A stretch of 64,000 nucleotides of DNA, from NCBI GenBank assembly GCA_963807525.1, contig CAWECI010000017.1, positions 88,578-152,577 on the forward strand. The letters are read 5' to 3'. Source of the stretch: Candidatus Aminicenantes bacterium. Its GTDB lineage: Bacteria; Acidobacteriota; Aminicenantia; Aminicenantales; Saccharicenantaceae. The notes below the pieces were generated by a model. The model was not told the origin of the DNA and did not search any database. It worked only from the letters and a program-made list of their open reading frames with translations. This document shows, piece after piece, positions 40,102 to 49,795 of this stretch. Each line of letters opens with the position of its first letter. Within the stretch, counting starts at the first letter, position 1. Position numbers and translations under genes: made by a program.

Positions 40102-41637
40102 CTATTTGATCCGGGCTTTGAGGATGACGACCGGCTGGAGGGGCTTGTGCATGGCCATTTTGCCTTCCCAGTGCTCCTCGACCGGCACGGCGGCGATGCG
40201 CTCGAGGACGTCCCGTCCCTTAATGAGTTGGCCGAAGACCGTGTAGCGCCCGTCAAGGTGGGGCCGCGGCGCGACGCAGACGTAGATCTCCGAATCGCCG
40301 CTCCACTCGTCGCCGACCCGCCCCAGACCCAGCGTGCCGAAGAGATGGGGACGCGTGTTGAACTCCGGGGGCAGCGGCGGGGCCCCTCCGTCGCCGGCCT
40401 GGATGACGTGGCCGCGGACGACGCGATAGAAGTCCTTGCCGTCATAGAAGCCCTGGCGGACAAGGTCCTTGAACTGGGCGACAGTCTTGGGCGCGTCGGC
40501 CGCGAAGAGCTCGAAGGTCATCGTCCCCAGGCTCGTCTCGAGGACGGCGACCTCGCCCTTGGCGTCCGTCCCCCCGGCTTTCGCCGCGGCCAACGGCCAG
40601 GCGCGCGGATCGAGCACGGCATGGCGGATCCGTTGCCGTTTCCAAGTATAGGTCACGTGGACGAGACCGTCCCGGGTTTGGATCACCGCGGGGTAGGAGA
40701 ACTCCGGGCCCTTCTCTTCCTCCAAGGTCAGGGCCCGCCGCCAGGCTTTCGCGTCATCGGATACGGCGACGGCCAGGATGCCGCGCCCCTCGGTCACTGG
40801 GTTATAGACAAGCACGTGCCGGCCGTCACAAAGCGTCACGGCGTCGATCCCGGAATTCGGGTTGGGGAAGACCGTGGGCTCGGGCGGGGTCCAGGTCGCT
40901 CCCTCGTCCGCGCTCCTCGAAGCGAAGATCCGCCCGGCGTTGCTCCGCATCAGGGCCACAACGCTTCCGTCATTCATCTTCAGGAGGGCCGGCTGGATGA
41001 GCCCGACGGTCTTTCCGTCGTTGATGGGGGCGGAGCTCATCCAGAGCCGGCCGAGGTCCATGGTCGTCTCGAAATGAACGCGCCAACCGTCCGTTTCCGT
41101 CGAGCTGCCGCAGAGGATCAGGCCGTTAAGGAACTCGAGGGGATGGTTCTTGACCGGGCCAAGGATCCCGTCCGGCAGGGCTTGGGGAGCGTCCCAGGTC
41201 CGGCCGTCGTCGGCCGAACGGATCATCATCCCCCGCCAAGTGGCCGGACTGGGCCCGACCTTATAGAAAAGGAGGAGCGGACCGTTTGCCGGCTTGAACA
41301 GAACGGGATTCCAGCACGGCCAGGGCGAGCCCTGTTCCGGCGTCCGCCCGCCGGCGACCTCGACAGGCTCCGTCCAGCGGTTCCCGATCCTGCGGGAGAG
41401 CCAGATCCCGACGTCGGGGTTCCCTTCGGCGGTCCCGCCGAACCAGGCGGCCACGAGCCCCGATCCCGTCTCGGCGATGGTCGAAGCATGGCCTTGGGCG
41501 AACGGGGCGTTCGTGAAGATGTCCTCCTGAAGGACGACCGGCGCAGGAGCCCGATGAGCGCCCGCGCATCCGATCGAGAGAACGAGGGCCAGGACGCCCC
41601 AGCCAGCGGCGAACGGCGCGCTACTTGAGCGTGGCAA
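40102..41637 (-). CDS. Fusion lipoprotein: BNR sialidase-like beta-propeller + cyclophilin-type peptidyl-prolyl isomerase
   Basis: Lipobox LSIGC. Asp-boxes SADDGRTW and SADEGATW lie in the N-terminal roughly 350 aa. The C-terminal roughly 150 aa carry cyclophilin motifs (FYDGKDFYRVVRGHVIQAGD, GTLGLGRVG...SGDSEIYVCV, LDGRYTVFGQLIKGRDVLERI). The TTG start overlaps the rhaT 3' end. Confidence 0.85.
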   Translation of the reverse strand: MPRSSSAPFAAGWGVLALVLSIGCAGAHRAPAPVVLQEDIFTNAPFAQGHASTIAETGSGLVAAWFGGTAEGNPDVGIWLSRRIGNRWTEPVEVAGGRTPEQGSPWPCWNPVLFKPANGPLLLFYKVGPSPATWRGMMIRSADDGRTWDAPQALPDGILGPVKNHPLEFLNGLILCGSSTETDGWRVHFETTMDLGRLWMSSAPINDGKTVGLIQPALLKMNDGSVVALMRSNAGRIFASRSADEGATWTPPEPTVFPNPNSGIDAVTLCDGRHVLVYNPVTEGRGILAVAVSDDAKAWRRALTLEEEKGPEFSYPAVIQTRDGLVHVTYTWKRQRIRHAVLDPRAWPLAAAKAGGTDAKGEVAVLETSLGTMTFELFAADAPKTVAQFKDLVRQGFYDGKDFYRVVRGHVIQAGDGGAPPLPPEFNTRPHLFGTLGLGRVGDEWSGDSEIYVCVAPRPHLDGRYTVFGQLIKGRDVLERIAAVPVEEHWEGKMAMHKPLQPVVILKARIK

Positions 41638-42739
41638 CGTAGTTCCCCGCGCCGACGACGACCGTCGACAGGATGAGCACGACGATCCCGGCGACGACGA
41701 GGCGGCGCGTCGGTGCCTTCGTGCCCTTCCATTCGTGGAAGTAGATCCCCCACAGGCTGCTGAAGGTGATGATGAAGGCCATGTGGATCGTCCAGCTCGA
41801 GAAATCGTACTTGCCCATCTTGGTCGTGCCCATGCCGTAGAAGAAGAACTGGAAATACCAGGTCGTCCCCGCCAGGGCGGACCAGATGTAGTTGGAAAGG
41901 AGCGAAGGCCGGGGCCCGAGGGTTGGGGCCGGAGGATCCAGGGCCGGCGCCGGATCGGCCGCCACGGGTGCGGCCGCCTGGACCCGCAGATAATCCCCGG
42001 CCGTCCGGTTCTTCAGGGCCAGGGCCGCGCACCAGATGAAATTGGTCGTGAACCCGCCGAGCAGGGCGACGATCATGACCGGGAAGTTCTGAAAGAGCGG
42101 CCGGGCCCCGCTCCGCACGGCGGCTTCGGCGATGGGCTTGCCGGCGGCAAAGGCGAAGGCCATGCAGGAGCTCATGATGCCGGCGAACACGGCCACCCAG
42201 GCGCCCTTGACGAAGCTGAACTCGGCGATCGAGGCCTTCTTTTCGGCGTCCGAGAGCTCCCCTTCCTTGCGCATCCCGGCCCGGCCGCAGATGGCAATGC
42301 CCGTCAGGCAGACGAGGATCCCCAGGATGACGATGCGGCCGGACGTCGTCGCGACAAGCCCGGCGATGCGTCCCTCGAAGACGGGCGGCACGAGCGTGCC
42401 GAAGACGGCGCAGAACCCGAGCGACAGGGCCATGCCGAGCGACAGCCCGAGATAGCGCATGCTCAGTCCGAACGTCAGGCCGCCGATCCCCCAGAGCACG
42501 CCGAAGAGATAGGTCCAGAGCAGGGTCTTCGACGAGGCCGCGCCCAGGACGCGGAGGAGGTCCGGGCAGGTCAGGAACCCGACGAGCCAGGGCACGATGA
42601 TCCAGCTGAAGAAGCCGCCGACCAGCCAGTAGACCTCCCAGGCCCAGCCGCGGACCCGCTTATAGGGGATGTAGAAGCTGCCGGCGGCGAATCCGCCGAC
42701 CGCGTGCAGGAAGACGCCCAGGAAGGGATTGGGGTTCAT
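41621..42739 (-). CDS. rhaT: L-rhamnose/H+ symporter RhaT family
   Basis: N-terminus GVFLHAVGGFAAGSFYIPYKRVRGWAWEVYWLVGGFFSWIIVPW parallels E. coli RhaT. About 10 TM. GGAGGTG SD. Confidence 0.85.
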   Translation of the reverse strand: MNPNPFLGVFLHAVGGFAAGSFYIPYKRVRGWAWEVYWLVGGFFSWIIVPWLVGFLTCPDLLRVLGAASSKTLLWTYLFGVLWGIGGLTFGLSMRYLGLSLGMALSLGFCAVFGTLVPPVFEGRIAGLVATTSGRIVILGILVCLTGIAICGRAGMRKEGELSDAEKKASIAEFSFVKGAWVAVFAGIMSSCMAFAFAAGKPIAEAAVRSGARPLFQNFPVMIVALLGGFTTNFIWCAALALKNRTAGDYLRVQAAAPVAADPAPALDPPAPTLGPRPSLLSNYIWSALAGTTWYFQFFFYGMGTTKMGKYDFSSWTIHMAFIITFSSLWGIYFHEWKGTKAPTRRLVVAGIVVLILSTVVVGAGNYVATLK

Positions 42740-42877
42740 CGCACCTCCATAAGGCCCGGAGTTTATCGTCCGGTCCCGATGAAGTCAACCAGTTGACCGT
42801 CATCAGGCCGGGGACTACGATAGGATTGCAGCGGCCGGGGGATCGCGGCCGTCCAAAACGTGAAGGGGGAATTCGCG

Positions 42878-43987
42878 ATGAGGCTCATCAGGATGGGATC
42901 GTCCGGTCTGCTCGTGGCCGTCCTGGCCATCGTCATGGCGGCCTGCGCCGGGTCAACCGCCCGGGCCGACGCCACTCTCGTCAAGCAGGCCCGGGACCTG
43001 TTCGGCGCCCTGCCGGACGTCATGGCGTCAAAGGACAACCCGGTGACGCCGGCCAAGGTCGAGCTGGGCAAGGCGCTCTTTTACGAGAAACGCATCTCGG
43101 CCGACGGGACGGTCAGCTGCTGGCGCTGCCACCCGCTCAGCCTGTACGGCGCGGACGGCATCGCCAAGTCCGTCGGGGTCCGCTGCCGGATCGCCGACCG
43201 GAACGCTCCGACCGTCTTCAACGCCGCGGACCAGATCGCCCAGCACTGGGTCGGGAACCGGGCCAGCGTCGAGGACCAGGCCGCCCGATCTCTCTCCGGG
43301 GGCATGGGCCAGCCTTCGGACGAGGCCGCCATGGCCCGGCTGAAAGCCATCCCCGGCTATGAGACGCTTTTCCAAAAGGCCTTTCCGGATGAGCCCGAAC
43401 CGGTCACGGCCGCCAACTTCGGGCGGGCCGTCGGCGCGTTCGAACGCACCCTCGTCACGCCCGCCCCGTTCGACGCTTTCATCAAGGGCAAGGCCCAGAG
43501 CCTCGATGACGCCGGGCAGGCCGGCCTCAAGGAGTTCATCGCCGTCGGCTGCTCGGGCTGCCACAACGGCCCCTATTTTGGCGGCCGGAGCTACCAGAAG
43601 TTCGGCCTCGTCGAGCCCTATTGGAAACGGACCCTCAGCCCGGTCATCGACGAGGGACGCTTCACCGTGACCAAGGACCCCGCCGATAAGCATGTTTTCA
43701 AGGTCCCCGGCCTGCGGAACGTTCAGATGACCTCGCCCTATTTTCATGACGGTTCGGTCGGGCGGCTCGCCGACGCCGTATGGATCATGGGCCAGGTCCA
43801 GCTGGGCCTGGACCTGGCCGAGCCTCGGGCCCGGGCGATCACCGCGTTCCTCAAGTCACTGACCGGGCGGCTGCCGGCTTCGGCGCTCGAGGTCCCGCTG
43901 CTGCCGGAAGCCGAAGCCGGCGAGCCCTCGGGCGCCGCGTCGCTCTCGTCGCGGAGCTGGCAAAACGAATCGCCATCCAGGATCTGA
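42878..43987 (+). CDS. Di-haem cytochrome c peroxidase (CCP/MauG family)
   Basis: Two CxxCH motifs (CWRCH, CSGCH) and the FKVPGLRNV...PYFHDGS block. Start placed at ATG 42878 behind GAAGGGGGA; the ORF-track GTG at 42860 lies inside that SD. Confidence 0.9.
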   Translation: MRLIRMGSSGLLVAVLAIVMAACAGSTARADATLVKQARDLFGALPDVMASKDNPVTPAKVELGKALFYEKRISADGTVSCWRCHPLSLYGADGIAKSVGVRCRIADRNAPTVFNAADQIAQHWVGNRASVEDQAARSLSGGMGQPSDEAAMARLKAIPGYETLFQKAFPDEPEPVTAANFGRAVGAFERTLVTPAPFDAFIKGKAQSLDDAGQAGLKEFIAVGCSGCHNGPYFGGRSYQKFGLVEPYWKRTLSPVIDEGRFTVTKDPADKHVFKVPGLRNVQMTSPYFHDGSVGRLADAVWIMGQVQLGLDLAEPRARAITAFLKSLTGRLPASALEVPLLPEAEAGEPSGAASLSSRSWQNESPSRI

Positions 43988-44087
43988 CCCGGGCCAGGCC
44001 CGAGTTCCCGTCGCCTTGAAGGCCCAGGGTGGCGTCGGATTGACCGGCCCCTCGAATTTCGGATAGCATACCCGCGAAAGGCGGACC

Positions 44088-45404
44088 ATGCTGAAGAAGC
44101 ATCCCCGGGTCCTGGCGTTCATCTTCTTCACCGAGATGTGGGAGCGCGTCGGCTTCTACACGCTCATGGCCATTCTCGTCCTCTACATGGACAAGGTGCT
44201 GGGCTGGTCCGACGCCCGCAAGGGCGATTCCTACGGCATCTTCCTGTTCGTGTGCTACCTCATGCCGCTCGCGGGCGGCTGGCTGGGCGACAAGATCATC
44301 GGCCAGATCCGGACCGTGCGGATCGGGGCCGGCCTCATGGCCCTGGGCTATATCGGTCTGGCCTTGTCCGGACCGGGCCAGGTCGCGACATTCTACCTGG
44401 GTCTCCTGCTCGTCGGCCTGGGCACGGGCCTTTTCAAGGTCAACATGGCCGTCCTTGTCGGCAACCTCTATGCCGGGAAGCCGGAGCTCAAGGATGCCGG
44501 CTTTAACATCTTTTATATGGGCGTAAACCTAGGGGCCTTGATCGCCCCTCTCGTCGCGACGCTGAACAACGCCGTTTTCAAGAGCTATAATCTGTCCTTC
44601 TGGATCGCGGCGGCCGGGATGGTCTTCGCCCTGATCATCTTCCGGGCCGGCTACCAGGGGCTCCGGCCCTACGACTGCAAGCTTGGGGATGGCGAGGCGG
44701 GCGCGCCGAAGCCCTCGGCCCCGACCCAACCGGACGCTCCCGTTGCCGCCGCCTGCCCGGCCATGGACCGGCGCGAGACCCGGCAGCGCATCGCGACGCT
44801 CGTCATTCTCTTTCTCATCATCATCTTCTTCTGGGTCGCTTTTTATCAGAATTTCTTCGGTCTGACCCTCTTTGCCGAGCGCTCGACGGTCGTCCTGAAA
44901 TGGCTGCGGCCCGAGACCTACCAGTCGTTCGAGCCCTTCTTCATCCTGGCCTTGACCCCCGTGCTTCTGGCCCTGTTCAGCCGCCTGAACCGCCGGAACC
45001 GGGAGCCGTCTACCCCGGTCAAGATCCTCCTGGGCATGCTCATCATGAGCCTGGCCATGCTGGTCATGGTCCGGGCTTCGCTCGCCGGCGGCGACCGGGA
45101 CCTGACGATCATGTCGCCGGCCTGGCTCATTGGGACCTACTTCTTCGTCACTCTGGCCGAGATCCTCATCTCGCCGATGGGCCAATCGTTCGTCTCCAAG
45201 GTCGCCCCGCCCCGGATCGCCGGGCTGATGATGGGCGGCTGGTTCGCGGCCACGGCCGCGGGGAGCATTATCAGCGGCCAGCTCGGCAAGTTCTACAGCC
45301 GGCTCCCCCACCACGTGTTCTTCCTTGGGCTCACGGGGCTGATGCTCCTGGCCGCCGTCCTGGTCGCGATCTTCCTCAAGAAGCTCCGGCGCTTCGCCAC
45401 TTGA
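44088..45404 (+). CDS. Proton-dependent oligopeptide transporter (POT/PTR2 family)
   Basis: POT signature FFTEMWERVGFYTLMAILVLYM...GGWLGDKIIG; 438 aa, MFS-like. Confidence 0.9.
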   Translation: MLKKHPRVLAFIFFTEMWERVGFYTLMAILVLYMDKVLGWSDARKGDSYGIFLFVCYLMPLAGGWLGDKIIGQIRTVRIGAGLMALGYIGLALSGPGQVATFYLGLLLVGLGTGLFKVNMAVLVGNLYAGKPELKDAGFNIFYMGVNLGALIAPLVATLNNAVFKSYNLSFWIAAAGMVFALIIFRAGYQGLRPYDCKLGDGEAGAPKPSAPTQPDAPVAAACPAMDRRETRQRIATLVILFLIIIFFWVAFYQNFFGLTLFAERSTVVLKWLRPETYQSFEPFFILALTPVLLALFSRLNRRNREPSTPVKILLGMLIMSLAMLVMVRASLAGGDRDLTIMSPAWLIGTYFFVTLAEILISPMGQSFVSKVAPPRIAGLMMGGWFAATAAGSIISGQLGKFYSRLPHHVFFLGLTGLMLLAAVLVAIFLKKLRRFAT

Positions 45405-45417
45405 TCAGGGAGGACCC

Positions 45418-46602
45418 ATGACCCTCATTCAGGAAAAGATCAGACAGGCCGTCGGCCTGCTCAAGGAGTCCGGTCTCGACTGCTGGATCACCTTCACCCG
45501 GGAGAGCGAGATCTGCGGCGACCCGACCCTGGTCTTCCTCGCCCCCGGCCCCGTCACCTGGCATTCGGCCTTCATCGTCTGCGCCGACGGCCGGACGCGG
45601 GCCATCGTCGGGCTCTACGACCAGAGGGGGATCGAGGATTCGGGGGCCTACGACAAGGTCGTCGGCTACGTCACCGGGATCAAGGAGCCTCTCCTCGAGT
45701 TCCTCCGGGAGGTCGCTCCCAAGACGATCGGGATCAACTATTCCCAGACGAGCGAGATCTGCGACGGGCTGACCCACGGCATGTTCCTGACGCTCCGGGA
45801 GATCCTGGCCGAGGCCGGGCTGGCCGACCGCCTGGTGGCGGCCGAAAAGGTCGTCTCGGCGCTCCGGGAACGCAAGTCGGCGGCCGAGATCGGATGGATG
45901 AAGCAGGCGGTCCGGGCGACCGAGGACATCTTCGATCTCGTCGGCCGCTTCATCGCCCCGGGCAGGACCGAGAGCGAGATCGCGGCCTTCATCCTGGCCG
46001 AGGCCGGGCGGCGGTGCCTGCCGACCGCTTGGGGCCAGGCCACCTGCCCGGCCGTCTTCACCGGTCCGGACACGGCCCAGGCGCACTACTCGCCGACCGG
46101 CCGGACCGTGGCGCCCGGGCACGTTCTCAACATGGACTTCGGCGTCAAGGTCGAGGGCTATTGCTCGGACATGCAGCGGACGTTCTATGTCCTGGCGCCG
46201 GGCGAAACGGAGGCCCCGGCCGAGGTCCGGAAGGGCTTCCACACGATCGTCCGGGCGGTCGAAGAATCGAAGCGGGCGATCCGGCCCGGCGTCGAGGGCC
46301 GGGCCGTCGACGCCGTGGCCCGTTCGATCATCGTCGAGGCCGGCTACGCGGAGTTCCCGCACGCCCTGGGGCACCAGGTCGGGCGATTCGCCCACGACGG
46401 CACGGCGCTGCTCGGCCCGGCCTGGGAGAAGTACGCCCGGAAGCCCTTCCAGAAGCTCGAGGAAGGCATGGTATTCACCATCGAGCCGCGGCTGACCGTG
46501 GCCGGCCGCGGCGTCGTCACCATCGAGGAGATGGTCGTCGTCACAAAGACCGGCGCCGAATGGCTCGGGCGCCCGCAGAAAGAGCTCGTGCTCATCGGCT
46601 AA
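45418..46602 (+). CDS. M24-family Xaa-Pro aminopeptidase
   Basis: Creatinase-like N-domain and a pita-bread catalytic domain with metal ligands in HVLNMDFGVKVEGYCSDMQRTF, GHQVG and VFTIEP...IEEMV. GGAGGA SD. Confidence 0.88.
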   Translation: MTLIQEKIRQAVGLLKESGLDCWITFTRESEICGDPTLVFLAPGPVTWHSAFIVCADGRTRAIVGLYDQRGIEDSGAYDKVVGYVTGIKEPLLEFLREVAPKTIGINYSQTSEICDGLTHGMFLTLREILAEAGLADRLVAAEKVVSALRERKSAAEIGWMKQAVRATEDIFDLVGRFIAPGRTESEIAAFILAEAGRRCLPTAWGQATCPAVFTGPDTAQAHYSPTGRTVAPGHVLNMDFGVKVEGYCSDMQRTFYVLAPGETEAPAEVRKGFHTIVRAVEESKRAIRPGVEGRAVDAVARSIIVEAGYAEFPHALGHQVGRFAHDGTALLGPAWEKYARKPFQKLEEGMVFTIEPRLTVAGRGVVTIEEMVVVTKTGAEWLGRPQKELVLIG

Positions 46603-46620
46603 AGGAAGCGGGGCGAGCGC

Positions 46621-47361
46621 ATGATAGACCGGGCCCCGGGGCTTCGGAAGCTGGCCAGGGTCCTGCTCCCTGTCGCGGCGGCCGTTTTCGTTGTTTCGTT
46701 CTTCACCCGATATCGCCTGCCGGAGCCTGCGGACATCCTCGCGCCGCTCAAGGAAGATCCCGTCCAGAGCGCGGACCGCTTGCCCGAGCCGTTCGAGGTC
46801 ACGCGCAAGAACGTGACCTACACCGTGACCCCGCTCGCGAGCTACGAGCTCTGGGGCCTCATCGTGTCGTACCATCATTCGGCCTCGTTCATCGACATCT
46901 CCCACAGGCAGTGGAACGACTTCCTGAACACCAAGGACGTCTGCGTCATCTGGGGCCGGAACGTCGAGACCGGCGTTTACCAGCGCATGACCTTCCGGAA
47001 CCGCGACTTCACCTGCTACTTCAGCTATCCCGACCGGGAGACGGGCGAGCTGTTCGTCGAAAGCGCGCTCTCGAACAACCATCTGCTCCCGGCCGATACG
47101 CTGGTCGGGGACGCGGTCCTCAAGGCCCGCACGGGCGACCAGGTCCACTTCAAGGGCTGGCTCGTCTCGTACGGCATCACGGGGGCCCCCTATGCCCGGC
47201 GTTCGAGCCTGAGCCGCCTGGACCGGGGCAACGGCGCCTGCGAGGTCGTCTACGTCGACGAGTTCGAGATCCTGCGGCCGGCCAACACGGCCTGGCGCGC
47301 GCTGCACACGTTCTCGCTGGTCATCGGCGCGCTCTCTCTCGTCGCTCTCGTCTTCGCTTGA
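46621..47361 (+). CDS. Hypothetical protein with N- and C-terminal TM anchors
   Basis: 246-aa ATG ORF with TM segments at both ends (VLLPVAAAVFVVSFF; HTFSLVIGALSLVALVFA). I recognise no family. Confidence 0.55.
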   Translation: MIDRAPGLRKLARVLLPVAAAVFVVSFFTRYRLPEPADILAPLKEDPVQSADRLPEPFEVTRKNVTYTVTPLASYELWGLIVSYHHSASFIDISHRQWNDFLNTKDVCVIWGRNVETGVYQRMTFRNRDFTCYFSYPDRETGELFVESALSNNHLLPADTLVGDAVLKARTGDQVHFKGWLVSYGITGAPYARRSSLSRLDRGNGACEVVYVDEFEILRPANTAWRALHTFSLVIGALSLVALVFA

Positions 47362-47397
47362 ACGGAGGCCGGGCAAGAGGCCATCCGCCCGGCCGGA

Positions 47398-47427
47398 TTG
47401 ACGCCGGAAGCCGGTTTGGTCTAGATT
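47398..47427 (+). promoter_or_regulatory. Sigma70-like promoter TTGACG-N18-TAGATT, 5 nt upstream of ATG 47433 (possible leaderless transcript)
   Basis: -35 at 47398-47403 and -10 at 47422-47427, with no SD. Confidence 0.3.
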
Positions 47428-47432
47428 CCCCG

Positions 47433-49793
47433 ATGATGTCGACGCGGCACGCCTCCATACGAGATCAGGACTCCCTGGGTCTCAGGATCTTCGGGATCAT
47501 GGTCCTGATCGGCGTGGCGGCCTGCTCGCCGGGTCCGGCCGTCCGCGCCGCCCGGCCGGCCGTCGAGGCCAGTCCCTGCAGCCGGTCGTTCGTCTTCGTC
47601 GATCATGGCCGGCCCGCCGCCCGGATCGAGATCCCGGAAGGCTCGGGGGAGGCGGCCCGGCGCGCCGCGGACATCCTCCAGACCTCCATCTTCAAGATGA
47701 CGGGCGTCGATCTGCCTGTGCTAAGCGTCAAGACGCCCGATAAGCCAGGGGCTGTCGTTCTGGGCTTCCCTCCGAGCGACCTGCCGCCCGTGATCGGGCC
47801 GTCCCTGGCCTCGCTCCGTCCCGACGGCTTCGCCATCGCCACGTCCCAGGGCGACCTCTATGTCGCCGGCGGCGCCGGCCGGGGCCTCGTCTACGGCGTC
47901 GTCCACATCCTGGAGAAGTATTACGGCTGCCGCCGCTACAGTCCGGCCGCCGAGCTCTTCCCCCGTCGCGACGACCTGGCGCTCGGCTGCCTGTTCGAAT
48001 CCGACAATCCCGTGAACGACGTTCGCATCGTCCACGGCGAGTTCGCCCTCGATCCGGACTACCGGGACTGGATGCGGCTCCACATCCAGGCGGACCTCTA
48101 CGGCGAGGGCTACTACGTTCACACATTCCAGCGGCTCCTCCCCTGGCAGACCTATTTCGCCGCCCACCCCGAGTACTTCGCCCTGGTGAACGGCCGGCGG
48201 GTCATCGACCAGCCCTGCCTCTCCCGGCCCGAGGTCTTCGACATCGTCGCGGCCAAGCTCCGCCAGGAGATGGCCGCCCAGCCCGACAGGGCGATCTGGT
48301 CGGTCAGCCAGAACGACAACTCTACGTACTGCCAGTGCCCGGAATGTCAAAAGGCCATGGCCGAGGAGAGTTCGCCGGCCGGGCCCATCCTGCGGTTCGT
48401 CAACCGCATGGCGGCCCTCTTCCCGGACAAGACGATCTCCACGCTGGCCTACCAGTTCTCGCGGCCGGCCCCCCGCCTGACCAAGCCGGCGCCCAACGTC
48501 GAGATCATGCTCTGCACGATCGAGCTCAACCGCAGCCGGCCCATCGCCGACGATCCGTCGAGCGCCTCGTTCGTCCAGGACATCGCCGACTGGAGCCGCA
48601 TCTGCTCGAACCTCTACCTCTGGGACTACACGGTCAACTTCTCGCACCAGGTCGCCCCGTTCCCGAATCTCCACGTCCTCCAGCCCAATATCCGGTTCTT
48701 CGTCGACCACGGCGTCCGCAAGCACTTCCAGCAGACGAACACGGGCCCCGGCCACGAGACGAGCGAGCTGAAGTCCTATCTTCTGGCCAGGCTCCTCTGG
48801 AACCCCGCCGCGAACGCCGACGCGATCATCGACGAATTCCTCGACGGCTATTATGGCCCGGCCGGCCCATACCTCCGCCGGTACATCGACGCGCTCCGCC
48901 GGGCGCTCGAGCGCTCCGGGGCGAAGCTCGACATCTACGAGCCGCCGGCCGTCCACGCCGCGGATCACCTGTCGGCCGCCGATGTCGCCCTTTACGACAA
49001 GCTCTTTGACCGGGCCGAGGCCGCCGTGGCCCGCGATCCCGACCGGCTCACCCGGGTCCGGACCGCCCGGCTGCCGCTGATGTACGCCAAGATCGAGATC
49101 GGCAAGGCCGACATGTTTGGGCCGCGCGGCTTCTACGCCGATAAGGGCGGCCGCTTCGTGCCCAAACCGGCCATGGCCGGCCTGATCGACGATTTCTATA
49201 ACCGCTGCCGGGCCGGCGGCGTCCGAACCCTGAACGAATCGGGGCTGACGCCCGAGGCCTATCGGGAGGGAGTCCGCCGGTTCATCGACGTCCAGATCGA
49301 GGGCAATTGGGCCTTTCGCCGGCCCGTCGCGGCCGATCCCCCGCCGTCGCCTAAATATGCCGGCGGCGACATGGCCGTGCTGACCAACGGCGTCCGGGGC
49401 GCCAGCGACTTCAAGGTCCATTGGCTGGGTTGGGAGGGCGTCGACGTCACGTTGACGCTCGACCTCGGCCGGGCCCGCCCGGTCAAAGAGATCTCGATCA
49501 GCACGCTGTCCGATTTCCGCAGCTGGATCCTCCATCCGGACCGCGTGGCCTGCGCCGTGTCCGGCGACGGCGTCTCGTATCGCGATCTCGACGCTCGCTT
49601 GGCCGCCGGGGACCATCGCGGCGAAGAAACGGTCCGCGTCGACCGTTGGACGGACGGCCTGGCGGGGCCGGAAGGCGCCGGAGCCGTCCGCTTCGTCCGT
49701 TTCCGGATCGAGGGCACCAAGCGCCTGCCCGACTGGCACGTCTCGGCCGGCGGGCTGTCGTGGGTTTTCGTCGACGAGATCGTTGTCCGCTAG
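47433..49793 (+). CDS. DUF4838-like glycoside-hydrolase-related lipoprotein with C-terminal F5/8-type-C (discoidin)-like domain
   Basis: Lipobox LIGVAACS and a CQCPECQ cysteine motif. The C-terminal roughly 150 aa (LTNGVRGASDFKVHWLGWEG...VRFVRFRI) are discoidin-like. The ORF-track entry 45894..49793 is an upstream read-through; the start is at ATG 47433. Confidence 0.65.
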   Translation: MMSTRHASIRDQDSLGLRIFGIMVLIGVAACSPGPAVRAARPAVEASPCSRSFVFVDHGRPAARIEIPEGSGEAARRAADILQTSIFKMTGVDLPVLSVKTPDKPGAVVLGFPPSDLPPVIGPSLASLRPDGFAIATSQGDLYVAGGAGRGLVYGVVHILEKYYGCRRYSPAAELFPRRDDLALGCLFESDNPVNDVRIVHGEFALDPDYRDWMRLHIQADLYGEGYYVHTFQRLLPWQTYFAAHPEYFALVNGRRVIDQPCLSRPEVFDIVAAKLRQEMAAQPDRAIWSVSQNDNSTYCQCPECQKAMAEESSPAGPILRFVNRMAALFPDKTISTLAYQFSRPAPRLTKPAPNVEIMLCTIELNRSRPIADDPSSASFVQDIADWSRICSNLYLWDYTVNFSHQVAPFPNLHVLQPNIRFFVDHGVRKHFQQTNTGPGHETSELKSYLLARLLWNPAANADAIIDEFLDGYYGPAGPYLRRYIDALRRALERSGAKLDIYEPPAVHAADHLSAADVALYDKLFDRAEAAVARDPDRLTRVRTARLPLMYAKIEIGKADMFGPRGFYADKGGRFVPKPAMAGLIDDFYNRCRAGGVRTLNESGLTPEAYREGVRRFIDVQIEGNWAFRRPVAADPPPSPKYAGGDMAVLTNGVRGASDFKVHWLGWEGVDVTLTLDLGRARPVKEISISTLSDFRSWILHPDRVACAVSGDGVSYRDLDARLAAGDHRGEETVRVDRWTDGLAGPEGAGAVRFVRFRIEGTKRLPDWHVSAGGLSWVFVDEIVVR

Positions 49794-49795
49794 GC

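Noticed and set aside
45894-49793. A 1299-aa ORF spanning the M24 peptidase, the 46621 gene and the DUF4838-like gene.
   Set aside because: Only the part from ATG 47433 onward is meaningful (lipobox onward). The upstream part is out-of-frame read-through across two well-supported genes. The same applies to 34666..36291 (potC really starts at GTG 35512) and 1993..2685 (the real gene starts at 2503).
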